A program made the translations under genes and the position numbers. Shown here piece by piece: positions 9,577 to 20,314 of a stretch of DNA of 64,000 nt. The notes under the pieces are model-generated. The model did not search any database and had not been told where the DNA came from. It saw only the letters and a list, made by a program, of their open reading frames with translations. The stretch is from an uncultured virus (IMG/VR IMGVR_UViG_3300033388_001337) (lineage: Duplodnaviria; Heunggongvirae; Uroviricota; Caudoviricetes; Crassvirales). The stretch lies in IMG/VR virus record IMGVR_UViG_3300033388_001337; one strand, written 5' to 3'. How positions within the stretch are numbered: the stretch's first letter is position 1; every line of letters begins with the position of its first letter.

Positions 9577-11013
9577 ATGTCAGTATTATTAAACCCAAAT
9601 TTTCAATTACAGCCATCTGCACAGAGAACTGTATTGCAATCTAACTACATAACAGACTTTAATTTCTTGAATCAGTATTTACCAGATACCTATGAAAAAG
9701 AATTTGAGCGTTATGGAAATAGATCAGTAGCATCTTTCTTAAGACAAGTAGGTGCTGAAATGCCAACTAACTCAGATTTGATTAAGTGGGCAGAACAAGG
9801 TAGATTACACGTTAAGTATACAAATGTAAACGCAGACGATGCAGCGGCTCAAGGTAACGCAGCAGCTAACTTTACAGTTAACGATGTATTAAACCCTGCT
9901 ACTAACGCAGCAGCAAACATTTCAGGACAAATCGCAATCAGAATTGGTCAAACAATTATGATTTCTGATAACACTCCTGGATCAACATTAAGTAACAAAG
10001 CAATTGTAACTAACGTAAACTACGCTACAGGAGTTGTAACGGTTGTATTCTATGAAGCAGCTGGTCAGGCAATGGCACAAAACTCAACTGTAACTCTTTT
10101 CGTTTACGGTTCTGAATTCAAAAAAGGAACTGATACAATGGCTGAATCATTAACTTCAGATGATTTCATCTTCCAAAATTCACCAATCATTATCAAAGAC
10201 AAGTATAGAGTTGCTGGTTCTGATATGGCGCAAATCGGATGGATTGAAATTTCAGGAGAAGATGGAGCAAACGGATACCTATGGTATTTAAAGTCAGAGC
10301 ATGACACTAGACTACGTTTTGAGGACTACCTAGAAACAGCAATGGTGGAAGCAGTTCCAGCAGCAGTTGGTTCTGGTGCAATCGCAGCTGGTGGTGATGT
10401 AGGTAACAAAGGTTCTGACGGAATCTTCTTTGTAGTAGAAAACAGAGGAAATGTATGGGGTGGAGGTAACCCTGTAACTCTTGCTGGTTTCGATTCAATG
10501 ATTCAAAGATTAGATAAGCAAGGAGCTATTGAAGAAAATGTTCTATTTGTAAATAGACAATTCTCATTTGATATAGATGATATGTTAGCAGCACAAAACT
10601 CTTACGGAGCTGGTGGTACTTCATACGGTCTATTTGACAATGATGCAGATATGGCTTTAAATCTTGGATTCACAGGATTTAGAAGAGGTTATGACTTCTA
10701 CAAGTCAGACTGGAAATATCTTAACGATGCTACTATGAGAGGTGGTTTAGTTGGAGGAGCAGTAAACGGACTTTTAGTTCCAGCTGGTTCAACTACTGTT
10801 TATGACCAAATCTTAGGTAAAAACGCTAAGAGACCATTCTTACATGTACGTTATAGAGCTTCTGAAACAGAAGACAGAAGATATAAAACTTGGATTACTG
10901 GTTCTGCTGGTGGTGCATCATCTTCTAACTTTGACAGAATGGATGTTAACTTCCTTTCTGAAAGAGCTGTATGTACATTAGGTGCAAACAACTTCTTCTT
11001 ATTCAAGCAATAA
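9577..11013 (+). CDS. Major capsid protein
   Basis: 478 aa after portal and scaffold, followed by a strong hairpin; 'IKWAEQGRLH', 'GYDFYKSDWKYLND'; codon usage suggests high expression. Confidence 0.85.
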   Translation: MSVLLNPNFQLQPSAQRTVLQSNYITDFNFLNQYLPDTYEKEFERYGNRSVASFLRQVGAEMPTNSDLIKWAEQGRLHVKYTNVNADDAAAQGNAAANFTVNDVLNPATNAAANISGQIAIRIGQTIMISDNTPGSTLSNKAIVTNVNYATGVVTVVFYEAAGQAMAQNSTVTLFVYGSEFKKGTDTMAESLTSDDFIFQNSPIIIKDKYRVAGSDMAQIGWIEISGEDGANGYLWYLKSEHDTRLRFEDYLETAMVEAVPAAVGSGAIAAGGDVGNKGSDGIFFVVENRGNVWGGGNPVTLAGFDSMIQRLDKQGAIEENVLFVNRQFSFDIDDMLAAQNSYGAGGTSYGLFDNDADMALNLGFTGFRRGYDFYKSDWKYLNDATMRGGLVGGAVNGLLVPAGSTTVYDQILGKNAKRPFLHVRYRASETEDRRYKTWITGSAGGASSSNFDRMDVNFLSERAVCTLGANNFFLFKQ

Positions 11014-11032
11014 GATAAGCTAACCAAATATA

Positions 11033-11066
11033 AGGGGGGTTCTATACCCCCCTCATATTTATTTTT
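11033..11066 (+). terminator. Intrinsic terminator-like hairpin after the capsid gene
   Basis: AGGGGGGT-tctat-ACCCCCCT stem followed by a T-rich tract. Confidence 0.7.
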
Positions 11067-11089
11067 AAATTAAATTAAATTATAATAAA

Positions 11090-11798
11090 ATGAAAAAAAC
11101 AAATAAATTTGTCGCTAAGACATACAAACTCACAAGTGATTCAACTCCACTTTCTTACATGTTGGCATCACGTAATTCAGCCAGATATCCATTACTACAT
11201 TTTGATGACGAAAAAGGTATTAACAGACCAATGCGTTATGCAAAAAATCAAAAGTCTCCATTCGAGGATGAGCAAGACGGTAATGCTATAAAAAGAAAAC
11301 CAAGTACTACAACAATTTTTACATTATCACCCACAAAAGGGAAAAGTGTTTGTTGAAGTAGACAAAGCTAGGGATGCAAGTGAACAAGTAGATTGGATGG
11401 ATTTTGTGTTAGAAGCACAAATACAAGCAAGAGATTTATCGGTAGCTAAATTAGCTAGTCTCGGTAGAGTTGTTTTCGGTCAAAAGGCTGATAAAATGAC
11501 TACAGCTGAACTGAGAAGAGATATGCTTGTGTATGCTCAAAATGACCCACAAGACTTTTTAGATACTTTAAACGACCCTATGATTCAAATACAAGATGAA
11601 GTAGTTCAGTTTGTAAGCGCAGGATTGTTAAGAATAAACGCTAATAAAGTAAGTTTTAATTTACCAAGTAATAAGAAAAAATTAATGACAGTTCCTTTTG
11701 GTGAAGACGCTCATTATATACTAGCTTCTTATATGCAAAGTGACGATGGTTTAGAAGTTTATAAGTTGTTGAAGAAGCACCTTAATAAATCTAAGTAA
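11090..11798 (+). pseudogene. Post-capsid gene apparently broken by a frameshift at ~11291 (ORFs 11090..11356 and 11346..11798)
   Basis: Frame 1 reads ...EDEQDGNAI to 11290; the +1 frame from 11292 reads KENQVLQQFLHYHPQKGKVFVEVDK... straight into the second ORF. Confidence 0.6.
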
Positions 11799-11851
11799 TA
11801 TTGCTTATCTTTATGGCTCAAATAAATGTTTAACCCTAAAAAATTTTTACT

Positions 11852-12178
11852 ATGTTAAAATATTTAAAAATTGAAATTAGTGATGTTTTTTATCTGATAC
11901 CTATACACTCGATCATTACTGTTGAAGTAGGCGCAAATAGTCAAGTTGATATTCTTTTCAACTTAGCTGGCCATACTGCTACGGGAGCGGCAGAAGTGTT
12001 AGGAGTAAGATTAACAGCTACTACAGCATCTGATGCTGCAAAGACTAAAGAGCAAGCTAATAGTATCGTTGATGCTATGGAGCAAGCTTTAAGTACAAGC
12101 TGGACAAGTCCTTATTTTGAGTTAGTTCCTGCGTATCCTATTACTGCAGTAGCGCAACTTCAAGAAGCATGGGCATAA
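11852..12178 (+). CDS. Hypothetical (possible capsid decoration) protein
   Basis: 108 aa, Ala/Thr-rich, followed by a terminator. Confidence 0.6.
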   Translation: MLKYLKIEISDVFYLIPIHSIITVEVGANSQVDILFNLAGHTATGAAEVLGVRLTATTASDAAKTKEQANSIVDAMEQALSTSWTSPYFELVPAYPITAVAQLQEAWA

Positions 12179-12200
12179 GTAACATTTGCTAAAAACTAAG

Positions 12201-12233
12201 AAGAGGCTTAAAAATTTAGGCCTCTTTTTTTTT
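12201..12233 (+). terminator. Intrinsic terminator
   Basis: AAGAGGC...GCCTCTT stem followed by a T-run. Confidence 0.8.
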
Positions 12234-12236
12234 ACG

Positions 12237-12244
12237 TATATTTG
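12237..12244 (+). promoter_or_regulatory. Bacteroidota-type -7 promoter element (TATATTTG)
   Basis: TAnnTTTG right after the terminator, upstream of ORF 12263. Confidence 0.6.
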
Positions 12245-12262
12245 TAAAAATAATTATACACT

Positions 12263-13240
12263 ATGCCAGCAAATATTAATGAGGTAAGAAACACCGTTTT
12301 AGCTATTGCTAATAAAAATAATTATGGCTACATATCTCCTGCAGATTTTAACTTATATGCAAAGCAGGCGCAAATGGATATGTTCGAAGATTATTTTTAT
12401 CAATACAATAATTGGGTAAATAAACAAAACGCAAGAGTATCAGGAACAGGATATGCTGATATAGTTAAAGGATTAGTTGAGGTTATAGATTCGTTTTCTG
12501 TACAAGTTTTTTTAACACAAACTTTGGCAAATACATATCAACTACCAGTTGATTATTATTTAATTAATAAATTATTTTATTATCCTACAGTTTTGTCTAC
12601 AGGAACAAACACAACAGTAACAGCTTTTAAATTAACAGATTCAGCTGCAAGCTTTTCAAACTTAACCTCACCTTATACACCACCTATTTCTAGCTTAATA
12701 GTTAACACAACTACTCAAGCTCAGGCATATGTAACTGATGTAGACAATCCAACTGTTTTATCTATAAGTGGAAACATAATGAACTTAAATGATAATTATG
12801 TTATTTATGATAACACAAAAATTACGGAAGTAGAAAGAGTTAGTCAAAATAAAATATTTTATTTAACTAGCTCCCCACTTACCGCTCCTTCTGCCCAGTT
12901 TCCAGCTTATGTTCTAGATGGAAATACCGTAACTGTATACCCTACAGTATTAGGGCCTAATGTGGGGAGCAACACATTTAGTCAGTGGACACCGTCAAGT
13001 ATTATGTGTCAGTATGTAAGATACCCTCTTACACCACAATGGACTTATGTTTCGTTAGCTGGTGGTGAGCCTTTATTTGATAACACAAACCCAAGCTTTC
13101 AAGAGTTTGAGTTACCTAATTCTGATGAACCTGCATTGATTGCTAAAATTTGTCAGTATGTAGGTATTGAGATTAGAGAAGCTGACGTGTATAATTTTGG
13201 AGAAAAACAAGTAATAGAAGAAGCACAAACAACAACATAA
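12263..13240 (+). CDS. Tail/head-tail adaptor (ring) protein
   Basis: 'INEVRNTVLAIANKNNYGYISPADFN...AQ' N-terminus; position after the capsid gene. Confidence 0.65.
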   Translation: MPANINEVRNTVLAIANKNNYGYISPADFNLYAKQAQMDMFEDYFYQYNNWVNKQNARVSGTGYADIVKGLVEVIDSFSVQVFLTQTLANTYQLPVDYYLINKLFYYPTVLSTGTNTTVTAFKLTDSAASFSNLTSPYTPPISSLIVNTTTQAQAYVTDVDNPTVLSISGNIMNLNDNYVIYDNTKITEVERVSQNKIFYLTSSPLTAPSAQFPAYVLDGNTVTVYPTVLGPNVGSNTFSQWTPSSIMCQYVRYPLTPQWTYVSLAGGEPLFDNTNPSFQEFELPNSDEPALIAKICQYVGIEIREADVYNFGEKQVIEEAQTTT

Positions 13241-13241
13241 T

Positions 13242-14165
13242 ATGGCATATATTAACGATTATCAATATTACGAGAATGGCGGAAATCTTCCTGCAGATGC
13301 TAATTGGGGGTCTTATCAATATGTGTCTTTAGAAGAAATAGTAAACAACTTTGTATTAATGTATACAGGTAATAATGAGTTGTTGAACAATGTAAATAGA
13401 TATCAAGTTTTATTCTACGCAAAAAGAGGCATACAAGAATTGAACTATGATGCTATGAAAGAAATTAAAATTTTAGAACTAGACGTGTGCGATTCTTTAA
13501 GGTTTGTTTTACCACAAGACTATGTTAACTGGGTTAGAATATCTATTTATAAAAACCAAGTTCTGATGCCTTTATCAGAAAACATACAAACACTTTGGAG
13601 TGGAGCATACTTACAAGACAATAATTGTAATATTTTATTTGATCAGGATGGTAATGTGTTAAAACCACAACACTCATCTTTAGATATGGATAGGATTACG
13701 GGAACTAAAAAAAGTATTTATCTAAATGAAGACAGTCCATTTAATGAACAGTTAGGTTATAATGTAGATGGATACTGGTACTTTGACTATGCAATAGGTG
13801 CAAGGTTTGGATTAAATACCGAGACCGCTAATCAGAACCCAACATTTAGCATCGATAAAAAAGCTGGTGTTATCAATTTTAGCTCAGGGACATTAAATGA
13901 ATTAGTTATTTTAGAATATGTATCAGACGGAATGGAGAATGGTAATAATGCAAACATTGAAGTAAATAAACTTTTCGAAGATTATTTATATGCATATATT
14001 AGATACTCGTTATTAAACGGTAGATTAGGAGTGCAAGAATACATAGTTAATAGAGCAAGAAAAGACAAATCTTCTTTATTAAGAAACGCAAAAATAAGAT
14101 TAAGTAATATACACCCTGGAAGACTCTTACAAAACTTAAGAGGTCAGGCTAAATGGATAAAGTAA
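13242..14165 (+). CDS. Tail ring/tubular protein
   Basis: 'LPQDYVNWVRIS', 'VILEYVSDG'; position before the muzzle gene. Confidence 0.6.
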   Translation: MAYINDYQYYENGGNLPADANWGSYQYVSLEEIVNNFVLMYTGNNELLNNVNRYQVLFYAKRGIQELNYDAMKEIKILELDVCDSLRFVLPQDYVNWVRISIYKNQVLMPLSENIQTLWSGAYLQDNNCNILFDQDGNVLKPQHSSLDMDRITGTKKSIYLNEDSPFNEQLGYNVDGYWYFDYAIGARFGLNTETANQNPTFSIDKKAGVINFSSGTLNELVILEYVSDGMENGNNANIEVNKLFEDYLYAYIRYSLLNGRLGVQEYIVNRARKDKSSLLRNAKIRLSNIHPGRLLQNLRGQAKWIK

Positions 14166-14166
14166 T

Positions 14167-17100
14167 ATGGCTTTAGTAAGCACGAATTTCGTACAAGGTA
14201 AGATGAATAAGAGCGTTGATGAACGTCTTATTCCAGAAGGTCAGTATATTGACGCAATGAATGTACGTTTAGGTTCTACCGAAACTACAGAAATTGGTGC
14301 AGTAGAAAACTCAAGAGGTAACACTCAGTTAACCAATATAGATGGTTTAGGTGCTAACCCAAGATGTATAGGAGCTTATGATGACGGTATTAGCGAAACT
14401 ATGTATTGGTTTGTTACTTCTGATACTACTGATATGATTTTATCTTATCACACCCCAACACAAGTTACCACAAAACATGTAGTTTCTGTAAGTGTATTAA
14501 ACTTTAATTCTCAGTATTTAATAACAGGTGTAAATTTAATAGAAGACTTATTGTTTTTTACAGACGATTTTAATCCACCTAGAAAAATAAATGTAAATAG
14601 AAATTATCCTGAACCAAGTGGCTCACCTTTAACAGATAATATTATTGCAGAAGATTTAAACGTAATATTAAAACCACCAGGATATGAGCCTTTAGATAAT
14701 TTACCAGCACCACAGGTAGATTTATTAAATATTCCAGGCGAAGAAAATTATATAGAAGATAGATTTATTTCTTTTGGTTATAGATATAGATATCAAGATA
14801 AAGAATATAGTGCAACTTCCTTATTTACAGTGCCAGCATTTCAACCTGGTACTTTTAGCTTAGACCCTAATAATTATAACAATAAGGGTATGGTCAATAA
14901 CTTTAATTCAGCTAATGTAACTTTTGATACAGGATCAGAAAGAGTTATTGAAATTGATTTATTATACAAACTTACCACATCAAGTACTATTTATGTAATT
15001 GAAAGATTTGTAAAAGAAGATTTAGGTTGGGGTGATAACACTAATCAAACTATTCTCTTTACTAACAGTAAAATATATACTACGTTAGGATCAGACGAAT
15101 TATTAAGGTTATATGATAATGTGCCTAGATTATCAAAAGCTCAAACAATAATGGCAAACCGTTTAGTATATGGAAACAATGTAGATGGTTATGATATAGC
15201 TGATGCTAACGGGCAAATATTATCTCAAAATTTTAACACTACTTTAGAAAGCACTCAGCTTTCATTAACTGAAGGGCCAAGTCCTACATTTAATACTGCT
15301 GCACCAAATAACGCTAACTCTATACCTTATAACATAAATCCTAATTCAGCAAACTTAACTTACGCTAATAGCACGATAACTTTTGATTTAACTGATTTTG
15401 TAGCTAACCCAAGCGCTGGATTACCAAACAGGCTATTACAAGGAACACAATTAAATTTCAACTTTACGGTTGAAAGTTATAGATGGGAGTCAACCTCAAC
15501 AAATTCAGCAGGAACAGTAACAACAACCTGTACTGCAGCTGGTGCGCCTATAGCGGACTGTTCTTGTTTTCCAACATGGACAGGAACTGACTCGCCTTTT
15601 GACATATCATTTACATTTAGATTAAATCAGGATTATACAACTATTTTTGATATGGTTAATAGTTCTGAGTTTCAAGCACAAGTAGGAACAGAATTACCAT
15701 TAAACATAACTGCTTTATCGGCTTGCGGAACAGCTAATCAAGGAACTTCAATGTGCGACAACTTTAATTGTTCAGTAGCTATACCAACAATATGCGCATA
15801 TACTAAAAACAATAGTAGTATAAACGATCAAACACAGCAACAAGGATTTAGGCTTACAGCAACACCAGGAAGTAATCAGTTTTCTTTACAGCTAATAGCG
15901 ATGAACTCTAGATTTACTGATGGTACTGGAATTCGTCACGATGTTTTTGAATATTTTAGATTTGTAAATGGTAGTTTCTTTTATATAAGTGACCAAAACA
16001 CTGCAAGCTTACATAGTAATAGAGATTACGAAACAGGTATAGTTTATCTTGATGATTATGGTAGAGCATCTACGGTATTAGTTTCTTTATTTAATACAGT
16101 GTTTGTTCCTCCAGCACAATCAATAGATAAAAACCAAATTAAAGTTAACATACCTACTTTTGACCAAGCGCCATATTGGGCTAATTCATACAAGTTTGTA
16201 GTTAAACCAAGTGCAACAACTTACGAAACTATTTTTGTAAACTTCTTTTATGTTGACCCTTTAACTAATATTACTTATTTTAAATTAGAAGGTGATAATA
16301 TAAATAAGGTAAAATTAGGTGATACTTTAATTGTAAAAAAAGATACACTAGGACCTACAACACAAGAAATAAAAGTTACAGTTTTAGATACATCTGCACA
16401 GTCAAGAAACTTTTTAAACTCAGACCCTACTAATCCATCACCAGCAACTAATGTTCAATTAGCTGGGTATTATATGCAGTTAAAAGCTATAAACTTTTCA
16501 GCTGCTGCGCAAGAGGGAGATGTAATAGAAACTTGGCCAACTAAAAGTGCAGGCGGAATAGTAACAGGAGCTTTCCCTTGTTCTGGTGGTTACGATTGGA
16601 TTGGTACAAGATCTAGACAAAATGTAGCATCTGTTAATTACAATAGATGGATGTATAGGCTAGCTCAGTTTGATGACTTAAACAACCCGAGTTACGCCAA
16701 CATGACTAACATTGATTTGCCTGCAGGGTCGGTTGTTCAAATTAAAATTGAAAACAAAAGAACCCATAGAGGAAATAAGTGTGAAGGGTTAGAATATATA
16801 TACGACAAACAATATGTGGTATCGCAAGACTACGCTACTTTTAGTGCGTGGTGGTTTGGTGATAATATTGCTATAGACACGGGAGATGTTAATGCAGGTA
16901 ATTTAACAAATACCTTTAATAACACCGTTATAAACTCAACAACCATACCTCCATGTAAATCTGACATACCAAATCCTCCAGGTTTTGGAGAAACACAATA
17001 TCACTTTATAAAAGACTCTAACGGTATAGAGTATTTTGCAATTGCAGTAGCTATTCCAGCTTGTAGAGGTTCTGTATTTGCACCAGTAAGAGATTCTATA

Positions 17101-19308
17101 TCTTCAATGGAATTAGTTGTATATAGAGCGGATAATACTATCATATTTGAAACTGAGCCAGCGGATGCCGACCCAGATTTATTTTATGATTCTTCTGAAA
17201 AATACCCTGTTATTCACACCCCTCAACACAGTTATCACGCCACAGGGCCTATAAAGGCTAGCTCTACGATAACATCAGTTGCGGTTGACAAATTGGTTGA
17301 TAGTACAGCAAGCTTCATAGGAACAATAGCTGTTGGAGATTACGTATACAACACTACTACACTTGGAGCAACAAACACAGCTTTAGTTACAGCTATAGAT
17401 AGTGGTACTCAATTGTCGATTGACACTAATATATTTTTAGCAGGTAATGAATCGTATACAATAGTACGCCCATATGCTGGTAATATAAATCAAAACAACA
17501 CTACACAGGCGGAAATAATTTTACCTTTTATGAATTGTTATACTTTTGGTAACGGTGTTGAAAGTTTTAAAATAAACGATGCTTTAGCTGGTAGGTCATT
17601 CTCATTAGGAGAAAGGGTTTTAGCTGTATCGAATGCTGATTATAAAGAAGCTGATAGGTTTGCAGGTTTGACATACAGCGGTCTGTATAGTGGAACAAAT
17701 AACTTAAACAACTTAAATGAGTTTAATTTAGGACTAGCAAACTTTAAAGATTGCGAAACTTCTTTCGGCCCTATTCAGTATTTACATGCACGTAAAACAG
17801 ACATCTTAGTTTTACAAGAAGATAGAATTACTTATGTGTATGCGGGTAAAAATATATTAACAGATGCTGTAGGGGGTGGTTTAGTAACATCAGTTCCTGA
17901 AGTTTTAGGAGAGCAAATAGCTAGAATAGAAGAGTATGGAATGAGTTTTAATCCAGAAAGCTTTGCTTCATTTGGTTATGATATGTACTTCACAGATACA
18001 AAGCGTGGCGCTGTTTTACAGTTAAGTGGGTCAAGCGCAGCTAATGATGTATTAAATGTTATATCAGAACAAGGAATGCGTTCATGGTTTAGAGATCAGT
18101 TTTATGCTCAATTATTAACACAAAAACTAGGAGGATACGACCCTTATATGCAAGAATATGTATTGAATAGTAATACAATTGAAGTACCTTTTGAAGCTCC
18201 TAAAGTTCCGTGTAATCAAGTGCTGCAACAACAAAACAGAACCACACCTTATTCATATGTAGTAGATGCGGGTAATGTTATCGGAACTGTTAGTATAATA
18301 TTAGTAGTAGAGGCTGGAAGTGGAAACGTACAATTAACTGGAGAATGGAATGGTGTTAGCTTCCCTAATGCACCTGTTGGGCCTGGAACTTATACTTTTA
18401 CTGTTAATAAAACAGCTAATACTCCTAGCGATGTAAACATAACAATTACACCAAGTAGCGCTGCTAGTTATTCTGTTCAAGTAAAATGTCCTCCTCCTGT
18501 AAATATAACTGTTACTCAAGTAGTAATAACTTCTGCACAGGATGTAGGTAAGTATATACACGCAGAATACTATTGGTCAAACAATACTGTGACAAGCCCT
18601 ATCTCAAGTTCTATGGTAACTTTTGGTAACAGCACAACCGTAGCGTCTTTATTTTATTCTCAAACAGGGGTGCGTTCAGTAGGAGTATTTCCGTATGATG
18701 GTGTAAATTTAATATTGAGAAGTAATAAAATTAATTTTGATGACTTTGATTTCCAGCAAGGTTCAAATAAATTTTTATGGTTAAGCACAAATACTGTTTA
18801 TCAAAACACTGCAGCTGATATATCTACATTACTTCAGGCTGGTAACCTCATAGTGCCTGTAACAAATCCGCAAACAGGATTATTTCAAGCACAAGTAACA
18901 GGTGCTAGTATACCAAATAATCAAAATCAGTTATATTTGATTTATGATTTAAGAGAAGTGACTGCACAAAAGTTATGTTATAGTGCAGTAAGTGCGGCTG
19001 AAGCATGTTGTGATTGTCAAAGCACTGGTGATGGTTGTACAGCTAACCCAGCTTGTTGCTTTGGGTGTACAGCTTTTGCAGTGGGTGGATTAAGATATAA
19101 TCCAAGTGACGCTTGCGCATCACCACAATTTACAAATTATTATCACTCAGGAACAGGTACATATCCAATTGTTGGAGATATTGTATATTCGTCAACAACT
19201 TGTGATAGTGGTACTCACGTTGGTCAGGGGTATTATAAAATTATGAATGAAAACACAGTAATGGAAATAGGAACACAAGGATTAGTAATTAGTAAACAAA
19301 CATGTTAA
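14167..19308 (+). CDS. Tail muzzle/stabilisation (nozzle) protein, N-terminal major part, with Cys-rich C-terminal extension
   Basis: 1713 aa; 'FVQGKMNKSVDERLIPEGQYIDAMNVR', 'LFFTDDFNPPRKIN', 'YGMSFNPESFA', 'YFTDTKRGAVL'. Confidence 0.75.
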   Translation: MALVSTNFVQGKMNKSVDERLIPEGQYIDAMNVRLGSTETTEIGAVENSRGNTQLTNIDGLGANPRCIGAYDDGISETMYWFVTSDTTDMILSYHTPTQVTTKHVVSVSVLNFNSQYLITGVNLIEDLLFFTDDFNPPRKINVNRNYPEPSGSPLTDNIIAEDLNVILKPPGYEPLDNLPAPQVDLLNIPGEENYIEDRFISFGYRYRYQDKEYSATSLFTVPAFQPGTFSLDPNNYNNKGMVNNFNSANVTFDTGSERVIEIDLLYKLTTSSTIYVIERFVKEDLGWGDNTNQTILFTNSKIYTTLGSDELLRLYDNVPRLSKAQTIMANRLVYGNNVDGYDIADANGQILSQNFNTTLESTQLSLTEGPSPTFNTAAPNNANSIPYNINPNSANLTYANSTITFDLTDFVANPSAGLPNRLLQGTQLNFNFTVESYRWESTSTNSAGTVTTTCTAAGAPIADCSCFPTWTGTDSPFDISFTFRLNQDYTTIFDMVNSSEFQAQVGTELPLNITALSACGTANQGTSMCDNFNCSVAIPTICAYTKNNSSINDQTQQQGFRLTATPGSNQFSLQLIAMNSRFTDGTGIRHDVFEYFRFVNGSFFYISDQNTASLHSNRDYETGIVYLDDYGRASTVLVSLFNTVFVPPAQSIDKNQIKVNIPTFDQAPYWANSYKFVVKPSATTYETIFVNFFYVDPLTNITYFKLEGDNINKVKLGDTLIVKKDTLGPTTQEIKVTVLDTSAQSRNFLNSDPTNPSPATNVQLAGYYMQLKAINFSAAAQEGDVIETWPTKSAGGIVTGAFPCSGGYDWIGTRSRQNVASVNYNRWMYRLAQFDDLNNPSYANMTNIDLPAGSVVQIKIENKRTHRGNKCEGLEYIYDKQYVVSQDYATFSAWWFGDNIAIDTGDVNAGNLTNTFNNTVINSTTIPPCKSDIPNPPGFGETQYHFIKDSNGIEYFAIAVAIPACRGSVFAPVRDSISSMELVVYRADNTIIFETEPADADPDLFYDSSEKYPVIHTPQHSYHATGPIKASSTITSVAVDKLVDSTASFIGTIAVGDYVYNTTTLGATNTALVTAIDSGTQLSIDTNIFLAGNESYTIVRPYAGNINQNNTTQAEIILPFMNCYTFGNGVESFKINDALAGRSFSLGERVLAVSNADYKEADRFAGLTYSGLYSGTNNLNNLNEFNLGLANFKDCETSFGPIQYLHARKTDILVLQEDRITYVYAGKNILTDAVGGGLVTSVPEVLGEQIARIEEYGMSFNPESFASFGYDMYFTDTKRGAVLQLSGSSAANDVLNVISEQGMRSWFRDQFYAQLLTQKLGGYDPYMQEYVLNSNTIEVPFEAPKVPCNQVLQQQNRTTPYSYVVDAGNVIGTVSIILVVEAGSGNVQLTGEWNGVSFPNAPVGPGTYTFTVNKTANTPSDVNITITPSSAASYSVQVKCPPPVNITVTQVVITSAQDVGKYIHAEYYWSNNTVTSPISSSMVTFGNSTTVASLFYSQTGVRSVGVFPYDGVNLILRSNKINFDDFDFQQGSNKFLWLSTNTVYQNTAADISTLLQAGNLIVPVTNPQTGLFQAQVTGASIPNNQNQLYLIYDLREVTAQKLCYSAVSAAEACCDCQSTGDGCTANPACCFGCTAFAVGGLRYNPSDACASPQFTNYYHSGTGTYPIVGDIVYSSTTCDSGTHVGQGYYKIMNENTVMEIGTQGLVISKQTC

Positions 19309-19311
19309 ATT

Positions 19312-20304
19312 ATGGCAGGATGTATAGGAACATATTATTACGATGGGACGAGTTTTGCAAATTCGACATCTATATACACTAACTCAAGCTTACTAACTGT
19401 AGCTCCAGATGGATGGTATAGTTTAAATGGTTTAAGTAGACAAATGATAGGTGGAGTTCTTCAAGCTGCAGTTGCGTGTGTAACTTGTGCGTCACCGTGT
19501 ACCATTACACCAGCGGCAAATAGTGCTGGTAGAGGGCAGTTTAAAGCAACAATAGATTTAGGAACTGCAACTGGCGCTGTTATATTAAAATTTAACCCAC
19601 AAGGTGTTCCAGATGGATTAACTTGGGTTTATGACGGAACAACAGCATCAGAATACTCTTCTCCAACTTTTGGTTATTTACAAGGTTTAATAGGAACAGT
19701 TGCCGCTGCAGGATTAACATCTTGCGATAGTAATTTAGGTTTAGGAAGCGGGCTTGATAATGCGACTGGAAGTAACGGAGGTTCTTATCTAAACGTTCCT
19801 GTTTTTAATTGGGATTCAGGAAGTAATTCTTTTGTAAACAGTGGTGGCACAACAACACTAGGCCCTTATGCTAATCAAGCTGCAGGTGGTGTAGATTTTA
19901 CATCAACCCCTCCAGCACCAACAGGTGATTGGGTATATATAGTAGTGCCAAAACCAAATGCCACCCCAACTACAATGTTAATAACAGTTGAAGCGCCATG
20001 TACAGGTACAGCTTGGAGTATGCAAAGTTCGTGTCCAGCTCCTTTAACTGGAAATAATACTTTTACTGCTGCAAAAGCATCAGCAGCTCAAGCGTGTGCT
20101 GAGACCACTCGAGCAACTAGCTTATATAATGTTCCAGTGAATGGAACTGCAGGTGTACCAGGTTTATATGACTGGGTATTTACTGATCCTAATGGAGTCA
20201 CTCCAGCATTAGGATTTTATTCATACGGGCCTCAAGGAACAGGCGCACCATGGATAGAAGTAGGAACAGATGGAGTAGTAGTAGCAACAGGAACTTGTCC
20301 TTAA
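19312..20304 (+). CDS. Cys/Gly/Thr-rich virion appendage protein
   Basis: 330 aa; its C-terminal module resembles the end of the 1713-aa protein. Confidence 0.55.
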   Translation: MAGCIGTYYYDGTSFANSTSIYTNSSLLTVAPDGWYSLNGLSRQMIGGVLQAAVACVTCASPCTITPAANSAGRGQFKATIDLGTATGAVILKFNPQGVPDGLTWVYDGTTASEYSSPTFGYLQGLIGTVAAAGLTSCDSNLGLGSGLDNATGSNGGSYLNVPVFNWDSGSNSFVNSGGTTTLGPYANQAAGGVDFTSTPPAPTGDWVYIVVPKPNATPTTMLITVEAPCTGTAWSMQSSCPAPLTGNNTFTAAKASAAQACAETTRATSLYNVPVNGTAGVPGLYDWVFTDPNGVTPALGFYSYGPQGTGAPWIEVGTDGVVVATGTCP

Positions 20305-20314
20305 AAAATTAATT

